Position numbers and translations under genes: made by a program
The notes under the pieces: generated by a model
The model's database searches: none
What the model was told of the DNA's origin: nothing
What the model saw: the letters and a program-made list of their open reading frames with translations, nothing else
Source of the DNA: Amoebidium appalachense
Taxonomy: Eukaryota; Protista; Ichthyosporea
Assembly (NCBI GenBank): GCA_963693365.1
Contig: CAVNZM010000018.1
Coordinates: forward strand, 124,001-188,000
Length of the DNA: 64,000 nt
Direction: 5' to 3'
Shown here: in pieces, positions 63,001 to 64,000 of the stretch
Layout of the letters: the number at the start of each line of letters is the position of its first letter
Position numbering within the stretch: the stretch's first letter is position 1

Positions 63001-64000
63001 GGCTGCACTCAAGAGTCCCCAGCGTCTGAAATGGGAGGAGGCTGCACACCGTGAGCTCAAGGCCCTGGAAGACAACGGCACCTTCACCCTTGTGCCCCGT
63101 CCAGAGGATGGCTCCACTGTCATTCCGGTCGGCTGGGTCTTTACGGTCAAGCAGGACAACGTCGGCAACGTCACTGCTTTCAAGGCCCGGCTTGTGGCCC
63201 GGGGCAACTACCAGCAGCCTGGCCAGGACTATTTCGTCACCGAGTCACCTGTGGCTGCGCTGGCTACCATCCGGCTGGTTTTGGCTACCTCCGTGGCCCA
63301 AGGTCTGCCTCTGCGCCACATCGACGTCAACACAGCATTCCTCAACGGCACCGTCAACGAGACCATCTACATTGAGCAGCCCCCTGGCTTCGTCAACCCC
63401 TCGGCCCCCCATGCTGTCGGCTTGCTCCACAAGGCGCTCTACGGCCTAAAACAGGCACCGCGCCAGTGGTATGAGGCCCTCCGTGACCATCTCCTCGACC
63501 AAGGCTTCATTGTGAGTGCTGCTGACCCGTGCCTGTTCATCAAGAATGCCGGGACCCCAACGTTTATTGCCCTTGCTGCCTACGTGGATGACTTCACCGT
63601 GACGGCCGCCACTGATGCGCTCATCGACGATTTTTTCACCAAGCTGGATGCTCGTTTCTCTGCCAAGGACCTGGGTCGTCCTACCCTGCTCATCGGGCAC
63701 ACTCTTACCTGGCTGGAGGACGGGTCTCTGCGTCTGGGCCATCGTCAACACATCATCGACTTGGCTGCCCGTTTTCGTCTCACCCACATGTCCGGCACCA
63801 AGACCCCCATCGTCCCGGGCCAGGCCAGTGAAAGCAACAAGACCCCAGCCTACAGCAAGAAGGAGGACTATGCCAGCCTGGTCGGTGCCCTGCTGTGGAT
63901 TGCGCGTACCACCCGCCCCGACATTTCCCAGGCTCTGGGAGTCCTTACTCGACACATTCATGCGCCCACCGTCACCCACTGGACTATGGCTACCAGAGTT
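60052..64000 (+). mobile_element. Ty1/Copia LTR retrotransposon (5' LTR, gag, PR, IN, RT), continuing beyond the window; left edge approximate
   Basis: CCHC knuckle CHGCGKPGHIKSQC, protease LDSGAT, WHYRLGH..CEPC, integrase HSD..SDGGGEY..PQQNGTAERLNRT, RT KARLVARG, LYGLKQAPRQW, YVDD (63581). Order is IN before RT. Confidence 0.97.
60366..60377 (+). promoter_or_regulatory. Primer-binding site, half-tRNA-iMet type
   Basis: GGTTATGGGCCC one base after ...CAACA (LTR end), the copia-type PBS. TATATAAA at 60107-60114 lies in the presumed LTR. Confidence 0.8.

Overview
Intron-rich eukaryotic DNA with dense (CA)n/(TG)n and poly-C/poly-G tracts; most entries in the ORF track are microsatellite artefacts. 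The HRDLAVRN tyrosine-kinase loop suggests a holozoan, possibly an ichthyosporean-like protist (inference only). Genes spliced by hand: eRF1 (-, 5 coding exons), two tandem 16-exon 4CL/luciferase-like acyl-CoA synthetases (-) flanking an intronless bacterial-looking nicotinamidase (+), HAT1 (+), a tyrosine-kinase-like gene with an adjacent LysM exon (-), and a Ty1/Copia element running off the right end. Best leads: (1) two putative introns in the eRF1 3'UTR arranged like a readthrough/NMD autoregulatory switch; (2) a dispersed and tandem repeat whose copies keep a strand-polar RNA fold; (3) a possible LysM receptor tyrosine kinase; (4) nested (GT)n-Gn ... Cn-(AC)n intron ends; (5) a divergent duplicated promoter plus non-coding pair. 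Homopolymer sequencing errors are likely throughout.
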